From an uncultured Chloroflexia bacterium (GTDB lineage: Bacteria; Chloroflexota; Chloroflexia; Thermomicrobiales; UBA6265), in contig CAVVQC010000003.1 in the NCBI GenBank assembly GCA_963750275.1, positions 145,034 through 209,033 of the forward strand: a stretch of DNA of 64,000 nt, given 5' to 3'. Positions 9,352 to 20,020 of the stretch are shown here, one piece after another (the first letter of the stretch is position 1; the number at the start of each line of letters is the position of its first letter). A program made the position numbers and the translations under genes. A model generated the notes under the pieces. The model saw only the letters and a list, made by a program, of their open reading frames with translations, was not told where the DNA came from and ran no database searches.

Positions 9352-10132
9352 TCATCCATGGTCGAGCGGTCGTGCAGATTCCGTTTCGGAAACGGTCATC
9401 GGCGCAAGCTTGGGGATATGTCGGAGCGCGGGCACACCAAGCATGATGATCGGTAATGCCAGATTGAGCACCACAAAAATCACCAACGTTTCCTGCATCC
9501 CAAGCCAGCTCATGAGATATCCATACACAACGATGCCAATGGGAAGGGTGACGATGTACAGGGCGCTGGTGACGCTAAAAATCCGCGCGCGCATGCCAGG
9601 AGGAACCTGTTCCTGCAGGATCGACATCATCATCGGATTGACTGGCTCCAGCATGACGGCCCCTATAAAGATCGCGAGCGCAATGACCCACCAATCCGGC
9701 ATGAACAGGAAGACAGAAAACGAGAGCGCGCGAAAACAGACCCTCCGATCTGGATCACGCTGCGCACGCCTGGGCTATCGAAAAAGGCGCCGATGAACAC
9801 CAGCAGCAAGAGTTGCCAGAACAACGAGCCCCCGGGTCAGGTAGAGCACCGGAATCAGGAGCGCCGATACACTACTCAGCAGGTCGGAAACGATGCTCGA
9901 GCGTTTGTAACCAACTCGTTCGATGATAGGGCCGGACACCATGCCTACCACCACGAGAGGCACGACACCGGTGGCGACGGAGATTCCGGTCTGGCTGGCA
10001 CTACCAGTCGTCTCGAGGACAAACCAGGGGATCGCAACCAGGCTAAAAGTGTTGCCGAACTGGGATATTGACATTTGCCGACAACAGCCCCAGCAGAGGG
10101 CGTTGTCTCGTGCTTGGTCGAACGTAACGCAA
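9352..10132 (-). pseudogene. MFS transporter (MefA/H+ antiporter-like), internally deleted and frameshifted
   Basis: TTG start with GGGGAGG RBS; 'RPLLGLLSANV|ISQFGN...IPWFVLETTGS', motif A-like 'GPIIERVGYKR', 'GAFFDSPG' followed almost directly by the C-terminal 'LQEQVPPGMRARIFS'; only about 260 codons and 3 frameshifts. Confidence 0.72.
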
Positions 10133-10278
10133 GCAGATTCCTCCCCACTTGCATCATACCCTCCGAGGCGCATCTGTAGCGTCGCAAAGAGCAAGAGATG
10201 CTTCTTCACGCCATCCTCTGGCGCAGCGCCCGTGCCACAGAATTTTCACAGGGAGCCTCCGTGAGAAATGAGAAGGAG

Positions 10279-10311
10279 AAAACGGGCGAGGCTTCATTGC
10301 CTCGCCCGTTT
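10279..10311 (-). terminator. Rho-independent terminator of the DUF4397 gene
   Basis: AAACGGGCGAGGC-ttcatt-GCCTCGCCCGTTT, 13-bp stem with a T-tract on the minus strand, 25 bp past the stop at 10337. Confidence 0.8.
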
Positions 10312-10336
10312 GGTTTATCGTGAATTAGCGCGGAGA

Positions 10337-11770
10337 TCAGCCGGCTGGGGTGCCGAGAACCTCTGGTGTTTCTTCCTCGAGCAGGTTCGGCGTTGCCTCA
10401 GGCGATGCGTCCGCATCGCCGGGTCCGACAGAAGTCGCGGCCGGCGCCGTGAGGGCCACGAGCTGCACCGAGCCATCGTCCGCTCGACCGATCGCTACGA
10501 GGTCGTACACCGTGTTCGGCTCGACGACCAGGTCGGTAACGCGAATCAGGACATCGTCACCTTGCTTCACCTGAATGTCATACGTGGTGGCGTCCAGGGT
10601 GACATAGTCGGTTGCGTCCTTGAAGTCGACGCCACCGAAGAGATCCGGACCATCAGTCACCACGACATCGATGCCATCGACATCCGGGGACGCATGGATA
10701 ACACGTACCCGTGACTGATCCTGGGGTAGCGGGCTGAGATCCACGTCTTCCCACATCGCGTCGATATCTTCGATCATATCAACCGCGATGAGCTCATAGG
10801 CATGCCCTGAGATCAGGTCGACATTGGTGTCAAAGACCGAATTATCGATCGGGCTGCCCGACGGAACGATCTTGACTTCGCGATCGTCACCTTCCGGGAG
10901 AGCGATGAAGTCGGTGGAGGAGCCGAATTCCAGGCCCTCGACGATGAGTGAGTCGTTCACATAGACGTCGATCGGCGGGGCATCAGGGGACGCATGCGCA
11001 ACGCGCACACAAGCATCATCGGGAGTTCCAATGCCGAGCACGGTCGAACAGTGGGTTTCCACCGCTGTCGCGAGCGGCAGGACCTGCAGCGACTCATCAG
11101 AGGCAAGACCGAGAATCAACAGCGCATACGCGTTTCCGGCTGCAACTTCGAATCCCGGGATGCTGACCGCGACAGTAGCCTGGTCATGCGGCCGAACTTC
11201 GAGGTCATAGGTCCCGGCATCGAGATCCTGATAGTCGGACGCTTCGCCGAAATCAACATCGTTGAAGAGCTCATCGCCCCCGGTCTGATAGACATCCATG
11301 GTGCCATCGGCCGGTGAGAGGTTGATGGCACGCAACCGCGACTGGTTGCTGTCGAGGTTGTCCATATCGACGTCATAGACTTTCGCCTCGATATCGGCAA
11401 GCAGTCCAGCAGCCGCAATGATGTAGCCCTGTCCACCCTCAGGATCGAATTCCGTATCGATCACCGCAGATGCAGCGTCCGAACCGGCCGGCACGACCTG
11501 AATCTGATGCGAATCCGGCGAGATCGACATGAAATCAGTGACTTCGCCGAAGTTCAAATCTGACGCCACGACGGCTCCGTCGATGATCACATCGACCGCT
11601 GGGGCGTCCGGAGAGGCATGCACGATACGAATGTTCGCATCGGTTTCAGTTGGATCCTGCGCGCCCGTCATTTGCGGCCCAAAGGCAGTCAACGTCAAGG
11701 ACAGAAGGAGCGCGATGGCTACTCCAAACCTGCGAAGGGAAACGCGCGCGAGCGCTGGTGTTTTGGTCAT
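10337..11770 (-). CDS. Exported acidic DUF4397-repeat protein
   Basis: Signal peptide ('SLRRFG...TGA|QD'); four repeats 'RIVHASPDAPAVDV', 'RAINLSP', 'RVAHASPDAPPIDV', 'RVIHASPDVDGIDV'. Confidence 0.85.
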   Translation of the reverse strand: MTKTPALARVSLRRFGVAIALLLSLTLTAFGPQMTGAQDPTETDANIRIVHASPDAPAVDVIIDGAVVASDLNFGEVTDFMSISPDSHQIQVVPAGSDAASAVIDTEFDPEGGQGYIIAAAGLLADIEAKVYDVDMDNLDSNQSRLRAINLSPADGTMDVYQTGGDELFNDVDFGEASDYQDLDAGTYDLEVRPHDQATVAVSIPGFEVAAGNAYALLILGLASDESLQVLPLATAVETHCSTVLGIGTPDDACVRVAHASPDAPPIDVYVNDSLIVEGLEFGSSTDFIALPEGDDREVKIVPSGSPIDNSVFDTNVDLISGHAYELIAVDMIEDIDAMWEDVDLSPLPQDQSRVRVIHASPDVDGIDVVVTDGPDLFGGVDFKDATDYVTLDATTYDIQVKQGDDVLIRVTDLVVEPNTVYDLVAIGRADDGSVQLVALTAPAATSVGPGDADASPEATPNLLEEETPEVLGTPAG

Positions 11771-11917
11771 TCACGAACTCCTCAGAATACTTCACGCAAT
11801 CATGGCCCTCCAACGATAGAGGGCCGCAACGAAAGCGCGGCCGGCCGGGGCAAAACGGCACCCAACGAACGACTTTGCGTACATCCACCTTACCCATAGA
11901 GCGAAATTCAGGAGAAT

Positions 11918-11954
11918 TTGAACAGGGTCTTGAATAGATTTGACAAGATTTGAC
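11918..11954. promoter_or_regulatory. Helically phased TTGA(A/C) direct repeats, candidate transcription-factor site
   Basis: TTGAA 11918, TTGAA 11930, TTGAC 11940, TTGAC 11950; exact AGATTTGAC x2 with 10-bp period, in an AT-rich divergent intergenic region. Confidence 0.4.
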
Positions 11955-12157
11955 CATCTTCTCAAAGAAGAACCTAGGCAAGCCTTGGTCCCCGGATGAG
12001 AGGATGACGCCCAGGTCCGAACGACCGATTCCAAAGCGAAGGTCTGTCAACCTATGGAAAGGACGAGTCCCTCCCGAGGTTCACGCTCCATGGGTTTGCA
12101 TCGGATACTAGCGTGGGCTGAACTGGCGCCTTCGCCAGCAGGGAGGAAGAGACTGAC

Positions 12158-12769
12158 ATGAGCGAAACGAATTGGGCGAAATCCACTCCGCGTGAAGCGC
12201 TGGACGAATTGATGTCCGGAAACCAGCGGTATGTCGAAGGGGGATGGGACCTGAACGACTTTTCCGCCTCCCGGGCCGCTTCGATCGGCGAGCATGCGCC
12301 AATTGCAGCAATCCTCGGCTGTGCCGATGCACGCGTCGCCGCCGAGATGATTTTTCTGCGCGGACCAGGCGATCTCTTCATGGTTCGCGTGGCCGGCAAT
12401 TTCCTTAGCGAGTACGGACTCGCCAGTTTGGAATACGCGGTGCTCTTCCTCGAAGTCCCGTTGCTGCTCGTCCTCGGGCATACCCAATGCGGGGCACTCT
12501 CGACCGCGGTCAAGATCGTGCAGGAACGCTCACATCTTCCCGGCACCCTTCCGTATCTGATCGACGCAGTCGAGCCGGCGGTTCATATTGCCAAAGCAAA
12601 GAATCCCGACGACTTGCTGCGCGCCGCGATCGAGGAAAACGTACGGCGGCAGGTCCAGCGCGTGTCCACCATCTCCCCGGTCATCAACGAAGCCCAGACC
12701 GCTGGCACAACCCGGGTGGTCGGTGCGGTCTACGAGTTGGAGACTGGACGGGTCATCCTCGTGGATTAG
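12158..12769 (+). CDS. Beta-class carbonic anhydrase
   Basis: Zn ligands 'GCADARV' (CxDxR) and 'GHTQCG' (HxxC); 'VRVAGN'; RBS GGGAGG. Confidence 0.93.
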   Translation: MSETNWAKSTPREALDELMSGNQRYVEGGWDLNDFSASRAASIGEHAPIAAILGCADARVAAEMIFLRGPGDLFMVRVAGNFLSEYGLASLEYAVLFLEVPLLLVLGHTQCGALSTAVKIVQERSHLPGTLPYLIDAVEPAVHIAKAKNPDDLLRAAIEENVRRQVQRVSTISPVINEAQTAGTTRVVGAVYELETGRVILVD

Positions 12770-12773
12770 GAGC

Positions 12774-13721
12774 TTACCGGTTGCGCATGCGGGGGTCGAT
12801 CGCGTCGCGCAACCCATCGCCGAAGAGGTTGATCGCCAATACGGTCAACATGATCGCCAAACCGGGGAAGAAGGAAACCCACCAGTGATGCCGCATCATG
12901 GTGCGGCCGTCGGAAAGCATGTTGCCCCACTCCGGTACCGGTGGCTTCACCCCTAATCCCAGGAACGAGAGCGTCGATCCCAGAATGATGGCCCCGGCGA
13001 TTCCGAGGGTCACCAGTACGATGATGGGCGGCAGCACATTGGGCAAAATGTGGCGAAACATGATGGCAGGATCACTCGCTCCGGACACACGCGCAGCCGT
13101 CACATATTCGGTCTCACGGGTGGAAAGCACGGCGCTGCGAACCACACGGGTGTATTCCGGAATAGTGGCAATGCCGACCGCCAGCATGAGATTGAACAGA
13201 CTGGTACCAAGAATGGCCACTAACGCCAATGCGAACAGGATGCCCGGGAACGCAAGCAACACATCCGAGCTGCGCATGATGACGGTATCGGTATAGCTGC
13301 CAAAGTACCCCGCAACCAGCCCGAAAAAGACGCCAATAACTGAGGCGATACCAATGGCCACGAAACCGACCGGCAATGACCGGCGGCCCCCGTACAGCAC
13401 CCGGGAAAAGATATCGCGTCCAAAATTATCCGTGCCCATCAGGTGATGGCGGTTGGGCCCTTGCCGGATGGCAGTGGTGTCCTGCTGAATCGGATCGTAC
13501 GGGGAAATCTGCCCCGCAAAGATGGTGATGAGAATGATCGCCACCAGCACGATCAATCCCGCCACTGCCCCCGGATTCTTGCGCAACCGGCGCAGGGCAT
13601 CCCGCGTCAACCCAGAGGGCTTGGCCGACGATCCGAGGGGAGATGGTTTCCCGGTGGAATCGTCCTGCATCTCAGTCGCGTCGATCGCAGCGGACGTGAT
13701 GGCTGATCCTGGGTCAGTCAT
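12774..13721 (-). CDS. Peptide/nickel ABC permease, DppC/OppC-like
   Basis: 'HLMGTDNFGRDIFSRVLYG', 'EYVTAARVSGAS', 'NLFGDGLRDAIDPR'. Confidence 0.92.
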   Translation of the reverse strand: MTDPGSAITSAAIDATEMQDDSTGKPSPLGSSAKPSGLTRDALRRLRKNPGAVAGLIVLVAIILITIFAGQISPYDPIQQDTTAIRQGPNRHHLMGTDNFGRDIFSRVLYGGRRSLPVGFVAIGIASVIGVFFGLVAGYFGSYTDTVIMRSSDVLLAFPGILFALALVAILGTSLFNLMLAVGIATIPEYTRVVRSAVLSTRETEYVTAARVSGASDPAIMFRHILPNVLPPIIVLVTLGIAGAIILGSTLSFLGLGVKPPVPEWGNMLSDGRTMMRHHWWVSFFPGLAIMLTVLAINLFGDGLRDAIDPRMRNR

Positions 13722-14637
13722 AGCGGATGCGCGGATCGATAAAGGCGTAGGAAAGATCGACAACCAAACTGACCGCAAGATAGATCAGGGCCGTGACCAG
13801 CACGGTTCCCTGGATCAGGGGATAGTCGCGGTTGCCGATGGCGGTGATCGCCACCCGGCCGAGACCGGGGCGGGAAAACACCGTTTCGATGACCACCGCT
13901 CCGGTCAGCAGTCCGGCAAGTTGAATACCGAAATAGGTCACCGTCGGAATCAGGGCGTTCTTCAACGCATGACGAATAATCACCGTGCGCTCGGCTAACC
14001 CTTTGGCGCGCGCAGTTTGGGTGTAATCCTGATGGAGCACTTCCAGCATCGACGAGCGGACCAGCCTCGCTATATAGGCTGATGACGCGATGCCAATCGT
14101 TATCGCCGGCAGCACCAGGCTACGCCATCCATCAGACCCGCTCGAGGGAAACATGCTGAGCCGGAACGAAAAAATGAAGAGCATGATCAGCCCGAGGTAA
14201 AACACCGGCAGGGAAACCCCAAGCAACGCAATCACCATGGCGATCGAGTCGATCCAGGTGTTGTGGTAGATCGCGGCCAATACCCCGAACGTGACGCCGA
14301 TGGTAAGCGCCACCAGCAACCCCGCCAGCGTGAGCTGCAAGGTCGGTCCCACGGCTTCGCGAATCGTATCCGTCACCGGACGCTTGTTATGGAGTCCGGC
14401 GCCCATATCCCCATGCAGCAGATCGTTCATGTAATTGATGTACTGCTGCCACAGCGGTTTATCGAGTCCGTACTGGCGCCGAATCTGCTCCGCCAGCTCG
14501 GGGGAGATTGGCTTTTCGCCGGCAAACGCCTGAACAGGATCGCCCGGCACGAGGTGCGCGATAAGAAACGTGAAGACCGTGATGCCCAACAGAACCGGAA
14601 TGGCCTGCACGAAGCGCCGGAGGATATACGTGATCAT
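13714..14637 (-). CDS. Peptide/nickel ABC permease, DppB/OppB-like
   Basis: 'YILRRFVQ', 'DYTQTARAKGL', 'RHALKNALIP', 'RDYPLIQG'. Confidence 0.93.
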   Translation of the reverse strand: MITYILRRFVQAIPVLLGITVFTFLIAHLVPGDPVQAFAGEKPISPELAEQIRRQYGLDKPLWQQYINYMNDLLHGDMGAGLHNKRPVTDTIREAVGPTLQLTLAGLLVALTIGVTFGVLAAIYHNTWIDSIAMVIALLGVSLPVFYLGLIMLFIFSFRLSMFPSSGSDGWRSLVLPAITIGIASSAYIARLVRSSMLEVLHQDYTQTARAKGLAERTVIIRHALKNALIPTVTYFGIQLAGLLTGAVVIETVFSRPGLGRVAITAIGNRDYPLIQGTVLVTALIYLAVSLVVDLSYAFIDPRIRYD

Positions 14638-14734
14638 GCCGCGTGCTCACCACTGCCCAGCCGATAGGTGGCGTACCGAGAAATTCGGGCGGCGACTCGC
14701 GCCGCCGCCCATTCGCAATCGAAACGAGCGTCCG

Positions 14735-16503
14735 TTATTCGAAGCTGGCGTCGTTCCACCAAACATAGGAGGCCAGGAAATCCAGGAAATCCCCCTGCAG
14801 GCTGGCGCGCTTGGCGTTATAGGTGATCGAATCGGCCAGCGGGATGGTGATCGCATCCTCGACGACCTTCATCTGCACCTTGGAATAGGCCTCGATACGA
14901 GCATCGGGGTCCGCGCTCGTTCTGCCTTCATCCAACCACATATCGACATCCGGATCCGAGTACCGGGAGAAATTGAAGCCCCCGATGTTGTCGGTATGGA
15001 AGATGCTGCGCAGGATATCCGGATCGGCGTAGGAGAACCAGAGGAATGAGATGTCGTAATTACCGGCCAGGCGATTCTCACGCTGCAGCGGCTCGCTCCA
15101 TCGCATCCACCTCGACATCGATTCCGATCTCACGCCAGGCACCCTGCAGGAAGGTGGCCATGTTTTTATCGTTTTCCCGGTCCTGGATCGGCCAGTACAG
15201 CTTGAGCTTCTCGCCGTCCTTCTCACGGATGTCGCCATTGAAGACCCAACCAGCTTCGTCCAGCAACGCGTTCGCCTTGTCTACATCGTAGCTGTAGAGC
15301 TCCTCGGTCTTCGGCTCGTAGGCAAAGGTGGGCTTCATCAGCGGACTGGCTGCCGGAATGTTGGTGCCGGCGAAGACCGCCTCGTTGAAAGCGTCCTTGT
15401 TGACCGCATAGGCCATCGCCTGGCGCACCAGGGTGGTCCATCTGCGGTTTTCCCTCGCGGTCCACATTGAAGAGCACGATCCAGCCGGAACCCGGCTGCC
15501 CCTGCTCGATCACGACCACGTCGGAGTTGGAGCGCAAATCTTCCAGCTGCAGCGGATCGACGTCGTCGATGTACTGCATCTCATCGGAGAGCAGGGCCAG
15601 GGTACGAGTGGCACGGTCGGCGACCATGCGGAACTCCATCGTATCGAACGAGCCCGCCCCCTGATTCGCAAAGAACGAGGATCCCCAGTTGTAGTCCTCA
15701 TTCCTGGTCAGGGTAATGTGATCGGCCTCGATCCACTCCTCGACCTTGTACGGCCCGGTACCAATCGGCTTGCGGGCGAATTCGGCAAGTCCCATCGACT
15801 CCACGGCCGTCGGAGAAACAATACCGAGGAATCCGTTGAGCCCGGTCAGGAAGGGAGCGAAGGGGGTGCTCAGGTTCATCTTGATCGTGTAGTCGTCGAT
15901 GACCTCGGAATCCACATAGGGTCCGATCTGGTCATGAGCTTGTCCTGGGGAAATGAACTTTTCGGGATCGGCCGGGGGAATGGCGTCCGGCGTCGCGCCC
16001 GCGGCAAGTTGTTCCTCGTTGTATTGATCGAGCGCCACCACGCGGTCATAGGTGTATTTGACCGCATCCGCGTTGAAGGGAGTTCCATCGTGGAAGGTGA
16101 CGCCCTGTTTGAGCGTGAACGTGGTGCTCATGCCGTCTTCGCTGGTTTCCCAGCTCTCGGCAAGCGCCGGCACGATCTCGGTCGCGGACGGCATCCAGAC
16201 CAGTGGCTCGCACACATTCAATGTGACGCGGATGGTCGAGTCGAAATTGGTCACCTGCGGATCGAGGGTACCGTCGACATCGAAGCCAAGACCATAGACC
16301 AGCGTGCCACCATCCTGGTTGCGCTGGATCCCGCGGGATGCGCCTGGGCCGCTGCTGGCGGAGGCGCTTCCCAGCTTGGTGGCCGCCAGAGCGGCAACGC
16401 CAGCCGCGCCGGCATACGCCATCGCGGCACGGCGAGTTGCTGTGCGCTGCCATGGAGCGGTGAGCGAAGTCGGGCGGATCGGGGTCGGTTTTTCTTCAGT
16501 CAT
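14735..16503 (-). CDS. Peptide/nickel ABC substrate-binding protein (family 5), Tat signal; two frameshifts near 15435 and 15090
   Basis: 'TATRRAA' signal; 'PALAESWE...TFTLKQGVTFHDG.PFNADAVK', 'PIGTGPYK', 'VRQAMAYAVN'; ORFs 15223..16536, 15078..15467 and 14735..15238 are collinear pieces. Confidence 0.87.
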
Positions 16504-16596
16504 GAAACCCTCCAATGAATTGAGCGCCGGATACACTCCGGCTACGACACGTCGAGTTGTGCGACGCAGAATTCCGGTGTGTGTCTCTCCTGCGAG

Positions 16597-16626
16597 AGAC
16601 TACGGAGTACCGGGTGTGAATGTCAA
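16597..16626 (-). promoter_or_regulatory. Candidate sigma70 promoter for the peptide ABC operon
   Basis: Minus strand TTGACA (16626-16621), 18-nt spacer, TAGTCT (16602-16597), about 95 nt upstream of the ATG. Confidence 0.45.
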
Positions 16627-16755
16627 ACGATGTCTGCAAATATGTTTTACCAGAACTTCATGAACTTTGTCTGATCAGTCACGTTACTCAATCTGACACT
16701 GGCACAGGTCACGCGAAGGAGTTGAGATGCAGAAGCTCGAGCCAAAAGAAGCGCG

Positions 16756-17848
16756 ATGATGGCCGACCAGAAAATATTGCGCGTGGGCGTGGTCGGGGCG
16801 GGATCATGGGCGCGAAGTGCCTACTTGCCCACGTTGCTCGACCATCCTGATACCCGGGTCGTAGCCATCTGCGACGCCGACCCTGCTGTGCTCGACGCGG
16901 TGATAGCGGAGCACGGCGGCGGGTGGGAACGCTATGACAACGCGACAGCCATGCTCGATCGGGAAGCGCTCGACCTGGTCTGCATCGTGACTCCTGACGA
17001 TCAGCATGCTCTGCCAATTCGGGCCGCGGTTGCGAACGGAACCCACATCATCTGCGAGAAACCGCTGGCGTTGACTGGTCCTGAGGCGTGGGATCTGACG
17101 CGGCTGGTCGAAGCGGCTGAGCTGGTCAACCGAGTTGGGTTCACCGTGCGCTATGCACCGTCCGTTAACCGCGTTGCATACCCTGGTCAGTGCGGGAGCG
17201 ATCGGTGAGCCACATTTGCTGATCGGCCTCCAGCAGAACGGACAGTTCATCGACCCAGGCAAACCATTCCACTGGAAAATGGACGCAACGCGCACCGGCG
17301 GTGGCGCCATCGTCGAATATGGGATCCATACGCTCGATCTGGCAATCTGGCTGGGTGGCCCGGTACGAGGAGCGCATGCTGTTGGGCAGACACTGATCCC
17401 GGAGCGTCCGCTGGCCGATGGTTCGGGACGACGGCCGGTGACGGTGGATGACTCGACTGGTTGGCTGATCGAGTACGCGAACGGCGGCAAAGGCATCGGG
17501 CACGCCGGTTGGGCCACCCCGGGCCGCTCGCCGGGAATCGAGATCCGCGTTTATGGCTCGAACGGGGCAGCCAAGGTCGAGTTGAGCGACGAATATCCCG
17601 GCGACGAAGCGCTCTGGGTTTCTGGGCCGGACGGGGTCTTCATCCAGCAGGAGCTCCCCCCGCCCTCCGCGCAACCCTGGTATGCCGCCTGGATCGGGGC
17701 TCTGGTGGCCGACGCCGTCGACGAGATCCTCGGCCGCCCGCATCGGGGTGATCCGACCTTCGCCGACGGTGCTCGCGCGCAAGATCTCCTGGACGATCTA
17801 ATCGCATCGATGTCCTCAGCGCGCCTAATCCCCCGCCCTGAAGACTGA
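16756..17848 (+). CDS. Gfo/Idh/MocA family oxidoreductase; +1 frameshift near 17168
   Basis: 'RVGVVGAGSWA', 'IICEKPLA', 'GGGAIVEYGIHTLD', 'VDD'. Confidence 0.87.
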
Positions 17849-17877
17849 CAACCGACCCAGGAGATCCGGATAAAAAG

Positions 17878-18705
17878 CTAACTGTTCTCCCGGCCGGTGA
17901 CCCAGTCGTAGCGCGGATCGTCGTCGATGATGGGGCCGGTGAAGCGAGACCCAATACCAGCGCCCCCATCGACCTCGACGACGGTGCCGGTCATATAACT
18001 GGAAAGGTCTGACGCGAGAAACAGCACCACCGAGGCGACTTCATCTGGATCGCCCGCACGAGCCAGGGGCAGGTTCGGGATACGCAATGCCAATCCTTCG
18101 GCCATGCGGGGCGGCAGCGGTTTCGGCTGCGTATCGATCAATCCGGGAGATACGGTGGTTACGAGAATGCCGTAGGGCGCGAGCTCGATGGCTGCCACCC
18201 GGCTGAAACTCTCGGTGGCCGCCCGGCTGGAGGCATACGCCGCCGCTCCAGCCGAACCCTTGTGAGCCACACCCGAGGAGAAGTTGATAATGCGCCCTCC
18301 CTTGCCGGCATCGATCATCGCTTTGGCTGCGGCGCGCGTCATGAGGAAGGTGCCCCGGGTATTGACTCCATAGACGGTGTCCCAGACGTCGACCGTTTCT
18401 CCAAACAGATCAGCATGCGGTGCAACCGCGGCGTTGTTGACACAGACATCGAGGGTACCGAACCGCGCCAGCGTTTCGGCAACGATGGCTTTTGCGCCTT
18501 CCTCGGTGCTCACGTCTGCGATCAACGAAACAATCCGATCGGTATCGAGTCCGGCAACGGTTTCCGCCAGCCCCTCGGCGTCGCGGTCGGCGGTCAGCAC
18601 CTTTGCGCCACTTTCCGCAAAACGATGCACCATCGCCCTGCCAATCCCGCGGGCCCCACCGGTCACGATGACGACCCGGTTGACGAAATCGAACGAGACG
18701 TTCAT
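17878..18705 (-). CDS. Short-chain dehydrogenase/reductase (FabG-like)
   Basis: 'TGGARGIG', 'VNNAA', 'AYASSR' (YxxxK with Lys replaced by Arg), 'SPGLIDT', 'YMTG...VDGG'. Confidence 0.88.
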   Translation of the reverse strand: MNVSFDFVNRVVIVTGGARGIGRAMVHRFAESGAKVLTADRDAEGLAETVAGLDTDRIVSLIADVSTEEGAKAIVAETLARFGTLDVCVNNAAVAPHADLFGETVDVWDTVYGVNTRGTFLMTRAAAKAMIDAGKGGRIINFSSGVAHKGSAGAAAYASSRAATESFSRVAAIELAPYGILVTTVSPGLIDTQPKPLPPRMAEGLALRIPNLPLARAGDPDEVASVVLFLASDLSSYMTGTVVEVDGGAGIGSRFTGPIIDDDPRYDWVTGRENS

Positions 18706-18818
18706 CACTTCCTCCAATAAACTTTCACGCGTGGCACCATGCGGCAGTAGCATAGCAACCGGGCGACCCATTCTTTTATTCCCTATTCTCTTTTGTCACG
18801 CACACAGGAAGGACCCCC

Positions 18819-19952
18819 ATGTTCACACCGATTACCGGACGCAAGGTACGTGTTGGCGTGCTCGGGGCCGGTGGCTGGGCGTTACGGGCCCACCTGCCAG
18901 GCTGGACGCGGGATCCCCGCTGCGAAGTCGTAGCGCTCTGTGATGTCGATCCGGACCTGCTGGCAGAGACGGCGGCACAATTCGGCATCACCGATACGAC
19001 CACGAACTACATGGACGTAGTTGGCCGGGACGATATCGATGTCATCGATGTCTGCACCCCGAGCCACACGCACTTCGAGCTTTCCATGGCGGCGCTCGAA
19101 GCCGGCAAGCATGTGCTCTGCGAAAAGCCGGTTGCCTACGATTTCCGCGAAACCATGGGTGCGGCCGAGCTGGCCAAATCCAAAGGCCTCAAAACCAAGC
19201 TCGGCTTCACCTTTCGTTACTCCCCAGCCATGCAATTCATGAAGGAAATGGTCGACCAGGGCTTCACCGGCACCCCCTACATCTACAACGCCTACGAACA
19301 GAACTCCCAATGGATTGATCCGCAAACACCGCTACGCCAGGTCGATCATGAAGCCGACCAGACGACCATCCAGGTTTCCTCCCTGGAGGGGTATGGCGCC
19401 CCGGTCATCGATATCGGCCGCTGGATGACCGGAGCGGATATGACCTCGGTGGTGGGTACGCTCAAGAATTTCGTACCCGATCGAGTGGTGCGCGCCACCG
19501 GCACGATGATGCGCATGAATATCGACGATGGCGACATCTTCCTGGCCGAGTTCGCCAATGGGGCGATAGGCTCGGTGCAGACCAGCTTTGTCACCGTCGG
19601 CAACTACCCCGGTATCGAAGTACGGCTCTATGGTTCCAACGGAGCGATCATCACCCGCCTGGTTGAAGAGTTCGGTATCGCCGAAACGATCAAGATCGCC
19701 ACTCCGGACGACGTCGAGTTCAAAGAAGTCGAGGTCCCGCAACGCTTCTACCCCGAGGGGGGCAGTCCGCGCGAAGCGTGGAATACCCTCTTCTACTCCA
19801 ACCTGATCAAAGACTTCCTCAACGAGCTGACCACCGATACCGAGGCCAACCAGGGGAACTTCGAGGATGGGGCCGCAGTACAGGAGATCATCAATGCGGT
19901 CGAGCAATCGCACCACAGCCGGAGCTGGGTCGATCTCCCCCTGCCACAATAG
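18819..19952 (+). CDS. Gfo/Idh/MocA family oxidoreductase
   Basis: 'VGVLGAGGWA', 'HVLCEKPVA', 'NIDD', 'FEDG...QEIINAV'. Confidence 0.9.
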   Translation: MFTPITGRKVRVGVLGAGGWALRAHLPGWTRDPRCEVVALCDVDPDLLAETAAQFGITDTTTNYMDVVGRDDIDVIDVCTPSHTHFELSMAALEAGKHVLCEKPVAYDFRETMGAAELAKSKGLKTKLGFTFRYSPAMQFMKEMVDQGFTGTPYIYNAYEQNSQWIDPQTPLRQVDHEADQTTIQVSSLEGYGAPVIDIGRWMTGADMTSVVGTLKNFVPDRVVRATGTMMRMNIDDGDIFLAEFANGAIGSVQTSFVTVGNYPGIEVRLYGSNGAIITRLVEEFGIAETIKIATPDDVEFKEVEVPQRFYPEGGSPREAWNTLFYSNLIKDFLNELTTDTEANQGNFEDGAAVQEIINAVEQSHHSRSWVDLPLPQ

Positions 19953-20020
19953 CGACACACTGAGCCCACAACCGTAACCTGTTCGAGCAGCTTTCCAGAG
20001 AAGTAAGAGGACCTACATTC

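Noticed and set aside
12050-12150. Fluoride or other known riboswitch upstream of carbonic anhydrase
   Set aside because: No match by eye to the GGMGATGRNGTYCKCC fluoride core or other consensus; kept only as a low-interest structured-leader note.
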